A stretch of 64,000 bases of DNA from a virus: the IMG/VR virus record IMGVR_UViG_3300046808_001035. One strand, given 5' to 3'. Below are positions 44,949 to 55,443 of this stretch, in pieces. A program made the position numbers and the translations under genes. The first letter of the stretch is position 1, and each line of letters opens with the position of its first letter. Under the pieces are notes generated by a model that searched no databases, was not told the origin of the DNA, and saw only the letters and a program-made list of their open reading frames with translations.

Positions 44949-46381
44949 ATACTGCTATGAAAACCGCTTGTTGCTGAGGGCAACAAGCTAGTTCTTCTTT
45001 GGGGTATGTTGTTAAAGTTGCTCGCTGGTTGTCTTGCACGTTTGTCTTTGTCTTCTTCTTTGATTCTGTCTTCTGCGCCACGATCTTGCTGTTCGAAGTT
45101 CATAAACTCCAGCTCAGCTAGATAGTCAAACTGGAAGTTTTTGGCGTGACGAGACTTTAAGCTGAATATACTCACAATACTGTCCTGGGCGCTGTCTCTA
45201 CCTATAGCTAGCACCATATCTGCAGGCTTTAATATACCTTTAAACCCTGTGATCTCAGCATTAGAGAACTTCCTGGTCATTTTGCCTCCTGCCTGATGCA
45301 AGAGCCATACACTAAATGGATGTGTTCCGCCAATCAAGTGGTTAGATAAGTCGTCTACCTCGAAGCTTACTTTAGCGTACTTTTGCCACTCCGCGTCAAA
45401 CTTGTCACTAGACGTCATATAGTCCATCTGGTCGATATAGATGAGGTCTGGGTGATAGCCTGTCTCGCTGTATAGTTTGTCTAGATAGTTTGCTATGAAT
45501 TTAGCTGTCACAGGCGAGGCATCTCGTAGATCGTGTATTTTTAAGTTTTGAAGAGCTTCACGATCTCGGCAGCCTAGGGTTTGAAAAGCATCTCTAAGCT
45601 CATTCTGCAGCATTACATTACCTTTATGTAGATCTGTGTATGGTATTCTGAAAATATTACTATACACACGAGAGCATATGTTTTCTGCAGGCTCTTCTAA
45701 GCTCAGGTACAAAACTTTCCTAAACTGCTTAGCGTTTTGAATAGCTGAGTATGTAGCCATTGCAGTTTTACCGCTACCTGAGTGGCCAAGGATAATTCCC
45801 ATTTCCTGGTAGTTTAAGCCTCTAGCAACCATATCTACCGCAGGAAAACCTGTGAGTAGGCTCTCTCTGTGTTCGATCAATACGAGCTCTTCGAAAGGGT
45901 TGAACTCACGAATACTGCCCACGCTAGACTTCATAGCCAGCTCGCCGATGAGCTTTTCAGCCTCGGATACCAGCTCCTCAGGGGTATTTAACTTATCTGC
46001 CCTGAGTTGCTGGTACCTTCTTGTTTTTATGAAATCTGCAAGATGCTCTAGAACATAGGCTGGGTTATTGGATGCACTATCCGAATAGATGAAATCCCAA
46101 AAAGCTATAACTGAAGGCATGTCTGCCTCTAGAATATAGTGTTTTTTGAGTATTCCTTTTAGTGAGGCCAAGCATAGCTGTGGGTTGATTGGCGCTTCAC
46201 CTATAGTCAGAGCCACTTCAACATAAGCATTATAGATGCTGATAGAGCCAAAGTCTTCTGGCTTTACATGAAGCTCTTGCGCTCTCTGCAGGACGGCTTT
46301 CTCTCGGAAAAGGCATTTTATAACCAGCTCTATATAGTCCGCGTTGTTGTACAGGTCAATATTCATTCGCGTGTTTTTCAA
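44945..46381 (-). CDS. DnaB-like replicative helicase
   Basis: TGFPAVD, Walker A GHSGSGKT, YLSLEE, IYIDQMD, ADMVL and KSR motifs. Confidence 0.9.
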   Translation of the reverse strand: MKNTRMNIDLYNNADYIELVIKCLFREKAVLQRAQELHVKPEDFGSISIYNAYVEVALTIGEAPINPQLCLASLKGILKKHYILEADMPSVIAFWDFIYSDSASNNPAYVLEHLADFIKTRRYQQLRADKLNTPEELVSEAEKLIGELAMKSSVGSIREFNPFEELVLIEHRESLLTGFPAVDMVARGLNYQEMGIILGHSGSGKTAMATYSAIQNAKQFRKVLYLSLEEPAENICSRVYSNIFRIPYTDLHKGNVMLQNELRDAFQTLGCRDREALQNLKIHDLRDASPVTAKFIANYLDKLYSETGYHPDLIYIDQMDYMTSSDKFDAEWQKYAKVSFEVDDLSNHLIGGTHPFSVWLLHQAGGKMTRKFSNAEITGFKGILKPADMVLAIGRDSAQDSIVSIFSLKSRHAKNFQFDYLAELEFMNFEQQDRGAEDRIKEEDKDKRARQPASNFNNIPQRRTSLLPSATSGFHSSI

Positions 46382-46586
46382 TCACTTCCCTGATCCCAGG
46401 GACGAGCTCTACTAGGTTGCTAGCGCCACTCAGCAACAGCTCAATACTAGATAGTAGTGTGCTTTGCTTTTTTCTTAGCCTCAAAATCTCAGCGTGTGCA
46501 GTATAGAGTGCTTCTTCTGCTAGCGCCTTGCTTGTTCTTTCAATAAGGTTACCAAACGCACGCTCTGCCTGAATGTCTCTGTTCAT
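46356..46586 (-). CDS. hypothetical protein
   Basis: Overlaps its neighbours in the replication operon. Confidence 0.5.
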   Translation of the reverse strand: MNRDIQAERAFGNLIERTSKALAEEALYTAHAEILRLRKKQSTLLSSIELLLSGASNLVELVPGIREVIEKHANEY

Positions 46587-47146
46587 GATAAGATTCTGTC
46601 TAGGTCTAGTCCTTCTTGCTTTGCAAACTCTTGCAAAGAGGAGGTCATTTCTTTTTTTGCTATATGTTTGTATTTTTTGATTACCTCAGGATCTCGTTCT
46701 GGAGTACTGAGTATTCGATACCATGCGAAAAGCTTTAGACTGCTATCCATCAGCACAGATCTTACAGACTCGCCACGCTTGATATACCGCATAGCTAGCT
46801 CGTGCTGGTATTTCCATACGTCTGCAGGGTCTAGAGTAGCGTTTGTTATTTCAATATAGTAAGAGTCTTCTGGAGTACTTTTCTCAAGCTCTAGTATTTT
46901 CTCTACATTACCTCCACGCAGGTGCTCTGGAGAAAAGAACTGTTTCTTGTTCTCCATCCTGTCGTATAGCCTTTGCACATAGATGGCTGGAGTGAGTTCG
47001 TATTTTTCGCATAGCTCGGCTGCTTCAGCGAAATACTTATCCCATTTAGTCGTGGAGATATAGTTATAGTTCTTCACAGACAACCTTTTCTTCTCTACGA
47101 AATAGAAAATCAGATCGTCTACTAGCCGTGGGTCTTTTACACTCAT
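46583..47146 (-). CDS. hypothetical replication-associated protein
   Basis: Lies between primase and helicase. Confidence 0.55.
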   Translation of the reverse strand: MSVKDPRLVDDLIFYFVEKKRLSVKNYNYISTTKWDKYFAEAAELCEKYELTPAIYVQRLYDRMENKKQFFSPEHLRGGNVEKILELEKSTPEDSYYIEITNATLDPADVWKYQHELAMRYIKRGESVRSVLMDSSLKLFAWYRILSTPERDPEVIKKYKHIAKKEMTSSLQEFAKQEGLDLDRILS

Positions 47147-48051
47147 AAAAGTATTTCTTTTTGTATTATAGCCTGCAACTCTTCAGTTGTAGCCTCGTCA
47201 GGGGACGCAAAACCATATTTACCTAGGTCAATATTAAAGCACCTACGGCCATTCATCCTAAACTCTCGCTGAATATCTAGAGCCAGCCTCTGTGCTCCTT
47301 CCTCAGAGTCTAAAACCAATATTACGTTTTTCCATTCTTGTATCAGCTGCTTTTGTTTATCTGATATACCCTTTCCTAGTGTAGCTACACTGTTTGCGAG
47401 CTTTAGTGCTTTCTTTGCCCCTTCGACAACAATAACGCTATCATACTGCTTGGCTGTGTGATAATTAAACAAATGCTCTCCCTTGGGGAACAGGTGCATA
47501 TATCGCATAAATTGAAATTTATCGCCGTTCTTTGTGTTGGGTATGAATCTGATCTGCCAGCCAGCATACTCGCGGTTCTTGCCAAAGATAGGAAAGAACA
47601 AGGCTTCACTAGTGTCTACCGCAAAGCCGCTGTCAAATTTAATAGGTACGCCACAATCTTGAGAGATATACCTCACACCTAGCTGGTCATAATATTCTAG
47701 GTTGGTGAGGTGGTCTTTTTTGAGAAATTGAATCACTGCACTATCTGAAGGTAATGACGCTAGTGTGGAAGGATATGTGTATGGAGCGATAGTAGCGTAA
47801 GGGTATGCAGGCTCTTCAAAGTCACCAGCACTCTGCTCAAACTCACTAGTGTCATCTAGCAGTTCGTTTATAGGAATAGTTTTTTCGCAGATGAAACACC
47901 GACTTGTAGTCCAGCCAGGGCTCAAATAGCGTTTCATCTTTTTACTATGTGTAGGGTCACATGTCGGGCATGGAATTCTATAGCTCCCGCCCGACACAGC
48001 TTTAACCTTACCGAACCTAGCCTTGAGTAGCGCTTGTACTCTTTGATTCAT
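47143..48051 (-). CDS. DNA primase (zinc finger plus TOPRIM)
   Basis: CPTC...CFIC; FPI...G...Q.R; LFN; VVEG; A.LG; LVLDSE. Confidence 0.8.
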   Translation of the reverse strand: MNQRVQALLKARFGKVKAVSGGSYRIPCPTCDPTHSKKMKRYLSPGWTTSRCFICEKTIPINELLDDTSEFEQSAGDFEEPAYPYATIAPYTYPSTLASLPSDSAVIQFLKKDHLTNLEYYDQLGVRYISQDCGVPIKFDSGFAVDTSEALFFPIFGKNREYAGWQIRFIPNTKNGDKFQFMRYMHLFPKGEHLFNYHTAKQYDSVIVVEGAKKALKLANSVATLGKGISDKQKQLIQEWKNVILVLDSEEGAQRLALDIQREFRMNGRRCFNIDLGKYGFASPDEATTEELQAIIQKEILL

Positions 48052-48286
48052 TTTCGATTAGAAGCTTCAGGCCTTCCAAAAACTTCGAGTCTGCGAAGTA
48101 GTAGACATCCTGAATGTCAGGCTCAGGATCCCTTTTATAATCCGGATGTATCTGCCATGAGTTACTCACTATTTGAGCAAGCCTTAGATAGGGGCGAGCT
48201 CGCCAGTATTTTTGCAGCTCTTCTAGAGTTTGATCTATCGCTGCTTGCTTGAGTTTTATTTTTTCTATTTCTTGTTCGATACTCAT
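48017..48286 (-). CDS. hypothetical protein (YihD/DUF1040-like)
   Basis: L.EL.KYW...P.LRL.Q...Y..D..L. Confidence 0.45.
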   Translation of the reverse strand: MSIEQEIEKIKLKQAAIDQTLEELQKYWRARPYLRLAQIVSNSWQIHPDYKRDPEPDIQDVYYFADSKFLEGLKLLIENESKSTSATQG

Positions 48287-49749
48287 TTGGTTGTTGGGTG
48301 GCTATACCAGGTTATTTCTTCAGGTTTGTCAACAATCTTCACAGCCCAGCCTTGCTCTTCATAGTACTTGATCCTCTTCTTCGCCATACCTTCAAGAGTA
48401 GGATCATGGTTGTCCATAAAGTCTACAACCACAAAGTGTGTTTTAGGCTGTAAACCGAACTGCGCCATCTGTTCGTCTGTAATAATGCGGCTGCCGCGAT
48501 AAGCCTCTTGCAAGACTTCTACCTTGCTGCTACCTCCACTAGCTTGTACCACTACACGACAGTTGGGAATGTCTACCCCTGCACGGAAGGCATCGGAGGC
48601 TGTCAAGATCTTGAACTCGTTATTACTGAACTCTTCAATGATCTTGTTTTGCTGCTTACTGCTAAGAGCAAAAACACCAACATTTTTCTTGCTGCTTTCG
48701 CGGTGCAGATACTTCGAGTCTTTTGGCATATACTTGTATAATGGAATCAGGTGGTCTTTCACATGATCAATAAATACAATTGTCTGCCAATCAGAAGGAA
48801 TCATACCGCAAATTCGACCTATCAGCTGATTCCTAGTGTCGCATTTTTTAATTCCGTACTTAAACTTGCTCTCGAAGTTTGTATAGTTTTCAATAATCAG
48901 ATCGTCTGGCAATCTAACCATGTATACCATACCTGGAACTACAGCACCTGCAGCTTCAGCGTCTTCATAAGGAAAGTATATCAAATCTTCACCAAACAAA
49001 CCTTTTAAAAGCTTGTCTGTGTTGTTGAAGATACCTTCTGTTGTTGCGCTATAACCGAACACACGTTTAGGGCGCATTTGATTTAGTGCTTTCTGAAACG
49101 TATCCTGCCCTGCAGACTGCATTTCGTCAACCAGCAATAATTGGCATTTCTCGAGCGAGCAGTTCTGTAGAGACTTGAATGTGGTGATCGTGATGTCGTT
49201 ACTGATATCAGACTTTCCGTCTCCCATGATACCTATATGTTTATCTGGGAAAAACTTTTTGAACTTCTCGTAGGTCTGCACAACCACCTGCTTGAGAGGA
49301 ATAGCTAGAATAGTGTTTAGGTTATGCCATGCTGCGTATGTTATAGCTTGGATGTGGGTTTTACCGAAACCCCCGGCAGCGTTGATTACACCGCTGTCTT
49401 GCATACCTTTAAAGATCAAATCTAGCGCAGGCTCTACTTGGTAATCTCTGAGCTTGATCTTCTTTACCATATCCCAATCAGGCTCAGGCATTGGAGACCG
49501 AAAATCTTCGATCTCCAGAACATCCATATTTTTGCCTACCAGGCGTACTATATCATTATAGAACCCTGGTAAGGTGAATATTGAGCCATCAGGGGCGTTA
49601 GCGTATAGTAGTTTTTCTACAAATACACACTCTCTCTTAAAGTTTACGCTACGCATCTCTCGATGATGATAGCGCAAAAACTTGCCAAGGTAGGTAGGGC
49701 AGCAATCTACTTTCAACCCTCCGTCGAATCTAGTAAGTTTTATCTTCAT
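48283..49749 (-). CDS. superfamily 2 DExx helicase (UvsW/XPB-like)
   Basis: LRDYQ, AGGFGKT, VDEMQ, GYSAT, GVDIP and Q...RG.R motifs. Confidence 0.85.
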   Translation of the reverse strand: MKIKLTRFDGGLKVDCCPTYLGKFLRYHHREMRSVNFKRECVFVEKLLYANAPDGSIFTLPGFYNDIVRLVGKNMDVLEIEDFRSPMPEPDWDMVKKIKLRDYQVEPALDLIFKGMQDSGVINAAGGFGKTHIQAITYAAWHNLNTILAIPLKQVVVQTYEKFKKFFPDKHIGIMGDGKSDISNDITITTFKSLQNCSLEKCQLLLVDEMQSAGQDTFQKALNQMRPKRVFGYSATTEGIFNNTDKLLKGLFGEDLIYFPYEDAEAAGAVVPGMVYMVRLPDDLIIENYTNFESKFKYGIKKCDTRNQLIGRICGMIPSDWQTIVFIDHVKDHLIPLYKYMPKDSKYLHRESSKKNVGVFALSSKQQNKIIEEFSNNEFKILTASDAFRAGVDIPNCRVVVQASGGSSKVEVLQEAYRGSRIITDEQMAQFGLQPKTHFVVVDFMDNHDPTLEGMAKKRIKYYEEQGWAVKIVDKPEEITWYSHPTTK

Positions 49750-50127
49750 CCGTTATAAGATCTTCGATAGTTCCTTTTTTTAGCCCTCTTAGCTTTATGA
49801 TTCGTTCTCACCTGGTCTTTTACAGCTCGATGCACTAGAGTTTTAGCGATTTCACTAATATTTTCACTTTTTTTCTTAAACCCAAAATAGGCAGCTGCTG
49901 CAGTAATCAACGCAGGGATAAGTATGTGGTCTCGGCCTCGTTCGCTCATTTTTTCTTCTTCTTTGGTTTTTTGGCTGCGGTTAGTCTCTTCTGGATTTCA
50001 TACATTTCTTTTTCTAGCTCTAGCATCAAGCGCGTATCTTCGTCTAGGAGCTCTTCTGGCCTTTCTGCAAAGTACCGATTATACCATCTAAGTATAATAT
50101 AAAGGCGCTTGAGTTTCTGCACATCTG

Positions 50128-52176
50128 TCATAGCTGGATAGTGTTGTCTACATACTCACTCAATTCGCTGTGGTGGTCGATCACAATCACCTGCTTAAAC
50201 TTACTGCTCTTACCCAGAGACTTGATAATCTCAAAGTACTTTTTGGCGTTTTCACTGTTCAAGCCATAACTACCCTCGTCAACAATCATGAACGGGAATG
50301 CGCCCACAAACATATTATGCAAAGCCAAACGTAAGCTAAACCCAACCATCACCTGCTGACCGCCAGATATATCAGGCAACTGCAGCCCTTCAGCATTAAA
50401 GATGTCTATACCGAACTGCTCATTAACTTTTGCAGTATATGGAAAGTCAAAGCTGGCGAGCACTTCGTTCATATACTCTGACACTGTGCTGCTGTATGTC
50501 TGAATCAACGCTCTAGGAAACTTACCTGTATGAAACAAGTCGTAGACCCCTTTGAGTACAGCTATATACTCTTTACGCTTTTTGTTTTCTTCGGCGTATT
50601 TATTATTATCTTGCAGCTCTTGCTTGAGAGATTTGATTTCTCTATTGTTTGCTGCAATCTCAATCTCTAGCTTTTTGGCTTCTTCTCTGGTGGCTCCGAT
50701 TTGAGTTATCTTTTCTTGGACACTAGCTTTTTCAGACTTAAACTCAGAAAGGTCTTTATCGTAGGTAGCAAGCTTTGCAATCGCAAGGTCTACCGAGTTC
50801 AGGGCTGTGTTTGCTTGGATTTTTTCTTTTTCGAGGTTGAAATGCTTATCTTCCCAGAGAGTGTATTTGTTAACTACACTAGCGCACAGCTCAAAAGCCT
50901 CAGAATCAAAAGGCGCAATATCTTTATACGCACTCAAAGATGCTTCGACCGAGGCGAGTTCTTTGTTGTACGCTTCCCAAAGACTAGCGTTGGCCACAAG
51001 GGTCTGTAGTTCCTCTGAAGCTTTTGTGAACAACTCTTTCTCTTTCTTGCCTGCAGTGATAATAGGCGCACGCTCATTTTCTAGGTGTTCGATCAACTTT
51101 ACCACATTATCTACCGCTGTGCCGCAAGTAGGACATACTCCCGCCCCTAATCCAGATTTTTCATACTCTACAATCTTTTGTTGGATTTCTTGCAAGGCTG
51201 CCCGCTTGACTTTTAACCCTGCGTCGAGGTCTGCCACCTGCTGCTTGAGCTTATCTATAGCTTCTTTTGAAGGCTCAGGGACAGTGGGAGCCGCCAGACT
51301 AGCTTTTTTCGCTTCCTGCTGCGCTCTAGTGTCATGAAAGCCTTTTGCAGCCTTTTGAGTTGCCAAACAATCTCTATACTCTTGAATGTTGATGATCTGC
51401 ATTTTGCTCTGCAAGGTATCAACTTCAGAAGACAGTCTATCTAGCTGGCTTTTATGTGCTGCACGCTCAGAAGAGAGGAGGATAAACTTGTCTTGAGCTT
51501 TTTCTACATTATCTAAGAAAGCTTGCCTGGCGATAAGTGCAGTATACTCGGCTTCGTCTACAAGAAGATGCGCTAGCGAGGCTTCACTCATAGCTACTTC
51601 CTGAGCCAAACACTGAATATCGCTAGTAATCTGAGTGGTATCTTTCAACGGATACTCTGGAGGAGCGTCTTTGATATAGCTATTCCAGATAGTGTCTCGG
51701 ATCTTGGTGGTGTTTGGCACCATAAAGATCTTTTGAAACAGTTTTTCTTTCGTGCTGTTGTCACCATTGAACAATAGTGCGATCTCGCCCTGGTTAGAGA
51801 CGATCACATTATGCACAATGTTTTTGTCGATCTGAAAAAGCCTATCCCAGATCTCGTTTACCTCACCACTCTTCTTGTATGTTTTACCATCATACATGAA
51901 GTTTACTTTAGCTGTGTCGATGTGCCTTTCGAGTACTGCTTCTTTACCATCTATAAGCATTCGACCAATTACCCAGCCGCTAGTCTCACCCACAGTAAGC
52001 ATTTCAGCTTTGGTTTTGCCGTAGCCTTCACCCGTAAACAAAAAGAGGATGGCCTCAACAATACTAGACTTGCCGCTACCGTTTCCGCCAATAATAGCTG
52101 TGACTCCCTCAGTGAAGTCAAACGAGGCGCTTCTGTGGTTTCTGAAGTTTTTAAGTACGATATTTGTCAGTTGCAT
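50128..52176 (-). CDS. SbcC/Rad50-like ATPase
   Basis: Walker A GGNGSGKS, Q-loop, CPTC zinc hook, ISGGQ signature, IVDEG, IDHH. Confidence 0.92.
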   Translation of the reverse strand: MQLTNIVLKNFRNHRSASFDFTEGVTAIIGGNGSGKSSIVEAILFLFTGEGYGKTKAEMLTVGETSGWVIGRMLIDGKEAVLERHIDTAKVNFMYDGKTYKKSGEVNEIWDRLFQIDKNIVHNVIVSNQGEIALLFNGDNSTKEKLFQKIFMVPNTTKIRDTIWNSYIKDAPPEYPLKDTTQITSDIQCLAQEVAMSEASLAHLLVDEAEYTALIARQAFLDNVEKAQDKFILLSSERAAHKSQLDRLSSEVDTLQSKMQIINIQEYRDCLATQKAAKGFHDTRAQQEAKKASLAAPTVPEPSKEAIDKLKQQVADLDAGLKVKRAALQEIQQKIVEYEKSGLGAGVCPTCGTAVDNVVKLIEHLENERAPIITAGKKEKELFTKASEELQTLVANASLWEAYNKELASVEASLSAYKDIAPFDSEAFELCASVVNKYTLWEDKHFNLEKEKIQANTALNSVDLAIAKLATYDKDLSEFKSEKASVQEKITQIGATREEAKKLEIEIAANNREIKSLKQELQDNNKYAEENKKRKEYIAVLKGVYDLFHTGKFPRALIQTYSSTVSEYMNEVLASFDFPYTAKVNEQFGIDIFNAEGLQLPDISGGQQVMVGFSLRLALHNMFVGAFPFMIVDEGSYGLNSENAKKYFEIIKSLGKSSKFKQVIVIDHHSELSEYVDNTIQL

Positions 52177-52177
52177 A

Positions 52178-52780
52178 CTATAACATGTGTTTAAAGATTA
52201 ATGTCTGCAGTTTCAAGGCAACCCTTGAGATGTTGTTACATAGCCTAGCCAATGCTAACCAAAGACGTCTCCAGCCGTAAGGGGTTGCAAAGGTTTTAAA
52301 CTTGCCCCAGAAACTAGCAGCACGCCTGCGTTGCTCTTCCTCAAATTCAAGCGTACACAGAGCGTTAGATTTCATTTTTTTAGTTTCTGTGAGCTCGAGC
52401 TTATCAAGTTTGCCATATATAAATGAGGCTGAGAACTCTACCCACATATCTTCCGTTTCAGAGTAGCTCACAATATCATAGAATACGACGGTTCCATGAT
52501 ATGCTACAGGGACTAGCGTCTTGCTTTTTATTGAAACTTCCTTGTATACATTCCAAGGTTTGGGGTTAAGCGTTTTTTTCTCTTCTTCGGTATACTCGAC
52601 ATACTCACGCTCGATGTTCTCGATATAAAGGTAACCATCAGTATCAATAATATAATGGTCCAGAGAATTATCTAGGTCTTTGGTTTGAAACGCTGCACCT
52701 GTCCAATCTATATTGAGCTGAGTTAGCTCTTCTGTGAGCGGCAGAGGAGCTTTACAGGTGATGTGGTCGTACATTCCCAT
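52178..52780 (-). CDS. conserved phage hypothetical protein
   Basis: MGMYD...FQTKDLD...Y.I..DG.L. Confidence 0.6.
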   Translation of the reverse strand: MGMYDHITCKAPLPLTEELTQLNIDWTGAAFQTKDLDNSLDHYIIDTDGYLYIENIEREYVEYTEEEKKTLNPKPWNVYKEVSIKSKTLVPVAYHGTVVFYDIVSYSETEDMWVEFSASFIYGKLDKLELTETKKMKSNALCTLEFEEEQRRRAASFWGKFKTFATPYGWRRLWLALARLCNNISRVALKLQTLIFKHML

Positions 52781-52783
52781 AAT

Positions 52784-53065
52784 TTATTTCTTGTGTGTTA
52801 AGCCTAACATCATAGCTATTGTGTGTGCGTCTCCGGTATAGTGCCCTGGAGGCAGAAATGGTAGTTCTGAGCCAGTCCATCCACTAGGTAGATCGTCAAC
52901 GCACTTTATTTCTTCAGCCAACACATTATCAGGGAAATGTGAGATAATATTTTCTGCTCCCTGCATCATATAGTGCGTAGCGTTGTGCTCTACCGCTTGG
53001 GTTGAGCTATCGTCCTCGGCTGCCACAACGATAGCATACTCTACAGTCAGTTTATATAGTTTCAT
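52784..53065 (-). CDS. paralog family E protein
   Basis: MKLYKL...EIKCVDDLPSGW...LP. Confidence 0.6.
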   Translation of the reverse strand: MKLYKLTVEYAIVVAAEDDSSTQAVEHNATHYMMQGAENIISHFPDNVLAEEIKCVDDLPSGWTGSELPFLPPGHYTGDAHTIAMMLGLTHKK

Positions 53066-53070
53066 TCTTC

Positions 53071-53394
53071 TTAGTCGGCGTTAAACACCTCTATGTCTTC
53101 TGAAGTTGTAACTTCAGTTGTTTTGACTATTTTATAATCAAATCTGTAGTAAATTGAGCCTGCTAGCGTACTATCTTGATTTAGTCGGATATTAGCCGCG
53201 TCTCTGTCTTTAAACCTAGCTATACGTGCTGCAGCCAAGTTTTTAGCGTGTTCCTCTTCATATTTTCCACGATCACCACAGCTATATTTAGCTTTGCTAA
53301 CTTCCCACCAATAGCTGTATGCGTTAGAGGGGAGGTCAGGGTGAGGTGAGCGCCTCTGAAGTATTTGTATGTATGTGTTAGTGTGTGTCTGCAT
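53071..53394 (-). CDS. hypothetical phage protein
   Basis: ORF in the array. Confidence 0.5.
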   Translation of the reverse strand: MQTHTNTYIQILQRRSPHPDLPSNAYSYWWEVSKAKYSCGDRGKYEEEHAKNLAAARIARFKDRDAANIRLNQDSTLAGSIYYRFDYKIVKTTEVTTSEDIEVFNAD

Positions 53395-53695
53395 TTTTCA
53401 ATAAATCTAAAAAGTCTGCGGGTTCAGCCATAACCAATACAGTAAACTGCTCAAAAACAGCTTCATTCTCCTCTAGTGCGTTTTCAGGGTCTTGCTGTAG
53501 TGTTAATGTTGCACTTTCAGATTCAAGCTTAGCGGAATCGTAGGAGTAATACTCAAGCTCTCCCTCAACATTCTGTAGTGTGAAGAAATTATCGTAAGAA
53601 AGAGATTTTTCAAACAGCATTAGACTACCATAGTCATCTACAAAGCCATAAGCGTTCTCAAGTAACGCTTCGAGTTGTGCTTTGGTCAAATCCAT
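53378..53695 (-). CDS. hypothetical acidic protein
   Basis: ORF in the array. Confidence 0.5.
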   Translation of the reverse strand: MDLTKAQLEALLENAYGFVDDYGSLMLFEKSLSYDNFFTLQNVEGELEYYSYDSAKLESESATLTLQQDPENALEENEAVFEQFTVLVMAEPADFLDLLKNADTH

Positions 53696-53697
53696 AG

Positions 53698-54042
53698 TTA
53701 TTTATTGATTAATTGCTTTAGGTTTTCGACTTCTCGCTCTAGTTCAGCGATTCTTTCTTCGGCTGTTTTAGGTGCTTCAATATTTTCTAGCAATTCTTCG
53801 AGTGTATAATTGGCCCAAGGGTCACTAGTGTATAACTTGTTAGCGGCTGCAGGACAGCTGTACGGTCCCCAGCCTCTAGGTAAATCACTTAAACAATGTA
53901 TTTCTGTAACATCACTAGACTCATCGAATTGCCAAATATCTGACGGATGCGTTAGGTAATGCGTCAAGTCATCTATACTTTCCGCCAGTACTACCGCAGT
54001 AGCATTAATTTTGAATAATTTTTGTTTTTTGCTTTGGCTCAT
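53698..54042 (-). CDS. paralog family E protein
   Basis: KLFKI.A.AVV.A...EIHCLSDLPRGW...CP. Confidence 0.6.
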   Translation of the reverse strand: MSQSKKQKLFKINATAVVLAESIDDLTHYLTHPSDIWQFDESSDVTEIHCLSDLPRGWGPYSCPAAANKLYTSDPWANYTLEELLENIEAPKTAEERIAELEREVENLKQLINK

Positions 54043-54305
54043 ACGTCTGCGTAAGTTGAGTTATGTGTGACTTTAACAAGCTTATATTCTTTTCTGTTAA
54101 GATTTCGTTCGTCTTGTTGTTTTTTCTCTAATCTGCGCTGCGCTGCGTGCATTGCCTGTTCCTCATCTGCGTATATTTCTTCTGGACCGTACTGATATTT
54201 AATGAACGGACGAACAGGATACCAAACCCCCCACTCGTTAAATACATCTAAAAAATTTCTAGTGTAAACTGTAAAATAATTTTTTTCTGTTTGTGCGAAT
54301 ATCAT
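54039..54305 (-). CDS. hypothetical phage protein
   Basis: ORF in the array. Confidence 0.5.
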   Translation of the reverse strand: MIFAQTEKNYFTVYTRNFLDVFNEWGVWYPVRPFIKYQYGPEEIYADEEQAMHAAQRRLEKKQQDERNLNRKEYKLVKVTHNSTYADV

Positions 54306-55225
54306 AGCGATTGAAACGATTTTTCTTTCATCTTGAACTCAAAGTCCAAGTCTACTTGCTGTCCGTATGTATCTGGTAATGCTGAAGCATAGTCTGCATG
54401 TTTCCTAGGGTTTTTATCCCCAGGAATACTTTCACTGTAATGAAACAATGGGATATGTGGTTTAGTTCTCCAAGAGTCGTGAGCCAGTAGAAAAGCCTGC
54501 GCTTCCTGTGAGAAATACCCTGTACCTGGGTGGCACTTGTGATGCAGATAATCGAATGTGATAGGGATCTCTGGCTGATCAAAATGATCGTATAACTGCT
54601 GTACCGTCCAGCCTGCACTCTTGTCGTCGTTCTCGAGAACAAGTCTGCTCTTCACGTCACTAGATAGCTTTTCAAAGTTCGTATAGAACAAATCTCTCAC
54701 ACGCTTACGAGCATAGTCAGACTGAGCGCTTCTGTTAACATGAATATTGATGGGTGCTTCGTAAGAATGAGGGCAACCTATCCTACTCATAACCCAGCCG
54801 TGAAAGTCTAGTTCACGAATGGTGCGCGTTACTGCATCCTCGTTATCACTAGCTAGTACATTGAATTGGTCAGGATGACTACTCAGCCTGACATTGTACT
54901 TTTCCCTCATCACTTGAATATCTATAAGTTTATCTTGAATATAAGCTAGGTTAGGAAATTCAGCGAACGTAATATTTGCTTTGTCGTATGTGACTAGAGG
55001 AAAAATATTACTACTCAACCTGTAGTTGTATCCTCCAATCCCGCAATACTCGATGGCTTTTTCCGTGACACATAAGTTGTGTAGAATAATTTCTCCAAGC
55101 TTAAATACAGCTTCTTCTCTCGGTAGAGAGCTGAAGCGCTTATAGGTCATTGTTCTAAACTTACAGAACGGGTCAGTGTCTTCTAGCGACAATACAATAC
55201 AACAAACACCTTTATTGCGGATCAT
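54302..55225 (-). CDS. uvsE: UV DNA damage endonuclease UvsE (UVDE)
   Basis: YRLSS.IFP, RLSSHPDQF.VL.S, NIH, LVLENDDK, FDYLHH, HYSES and HADY motifs. Confidence 0.92.
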   Translation of the reverse strand: MIRNKGVCCIVLSLEDTDPFCKFRTMTYKRFSSLPREEAVFKLGEIILHNLCVTEKAIEYCGIGGYNYRLSSNIFPLVTYDKANITFAEFPNLAYIQDKLIDIQVMREKYNVRLSSHPDQFNVLASDNEDAVTRTIRELDFHGWVMSRIGCPHSYEAPINIHVNRSAQSDYARKRVRDLFYTNFEKLSSDVKSRLVLENDDKSAGWTVQQLYDHFDQPEIPITFDYLHHKCHPGTGYFSQEAQAFLLAHDSWRTKPHIPLFHYSESIPGDKNPRKHADYASALPDTYGQQVDLDFEFKMKEKSFQSL

Positions 55226-55439
55226 TTGAAATTATCAATGTTTCTCTATTTTCTTTAATTACAACTCTGAAATACCTGGCAGCAAGGAACTCTTGCATAT
55301 CTTCTCCGAGCATACGGTGATACTGTCTCACCGCATCCTCCTTGCAGTCAAACAGCATATAATCACGCCAAGAGCTATTCTTTCGTTTAGTCTTGGTTTG
55401 TAGAATAAACTGACAACTGAAATCTGGCTGTGTAGACAT
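55212..55439 (-). CDS. hypothetical phage protein
   Basis: ORF in the array. Confidence 0.45.
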   Translation of the reverse strand: MSTQPDFSCQFILQTKTKRKNSSWRDYMLFDCKEDAVRQYHRMLGEDMQEFLAARYFRVVIKENRETLIISNDPQ

Positions 55440-55443
55440 AGAA

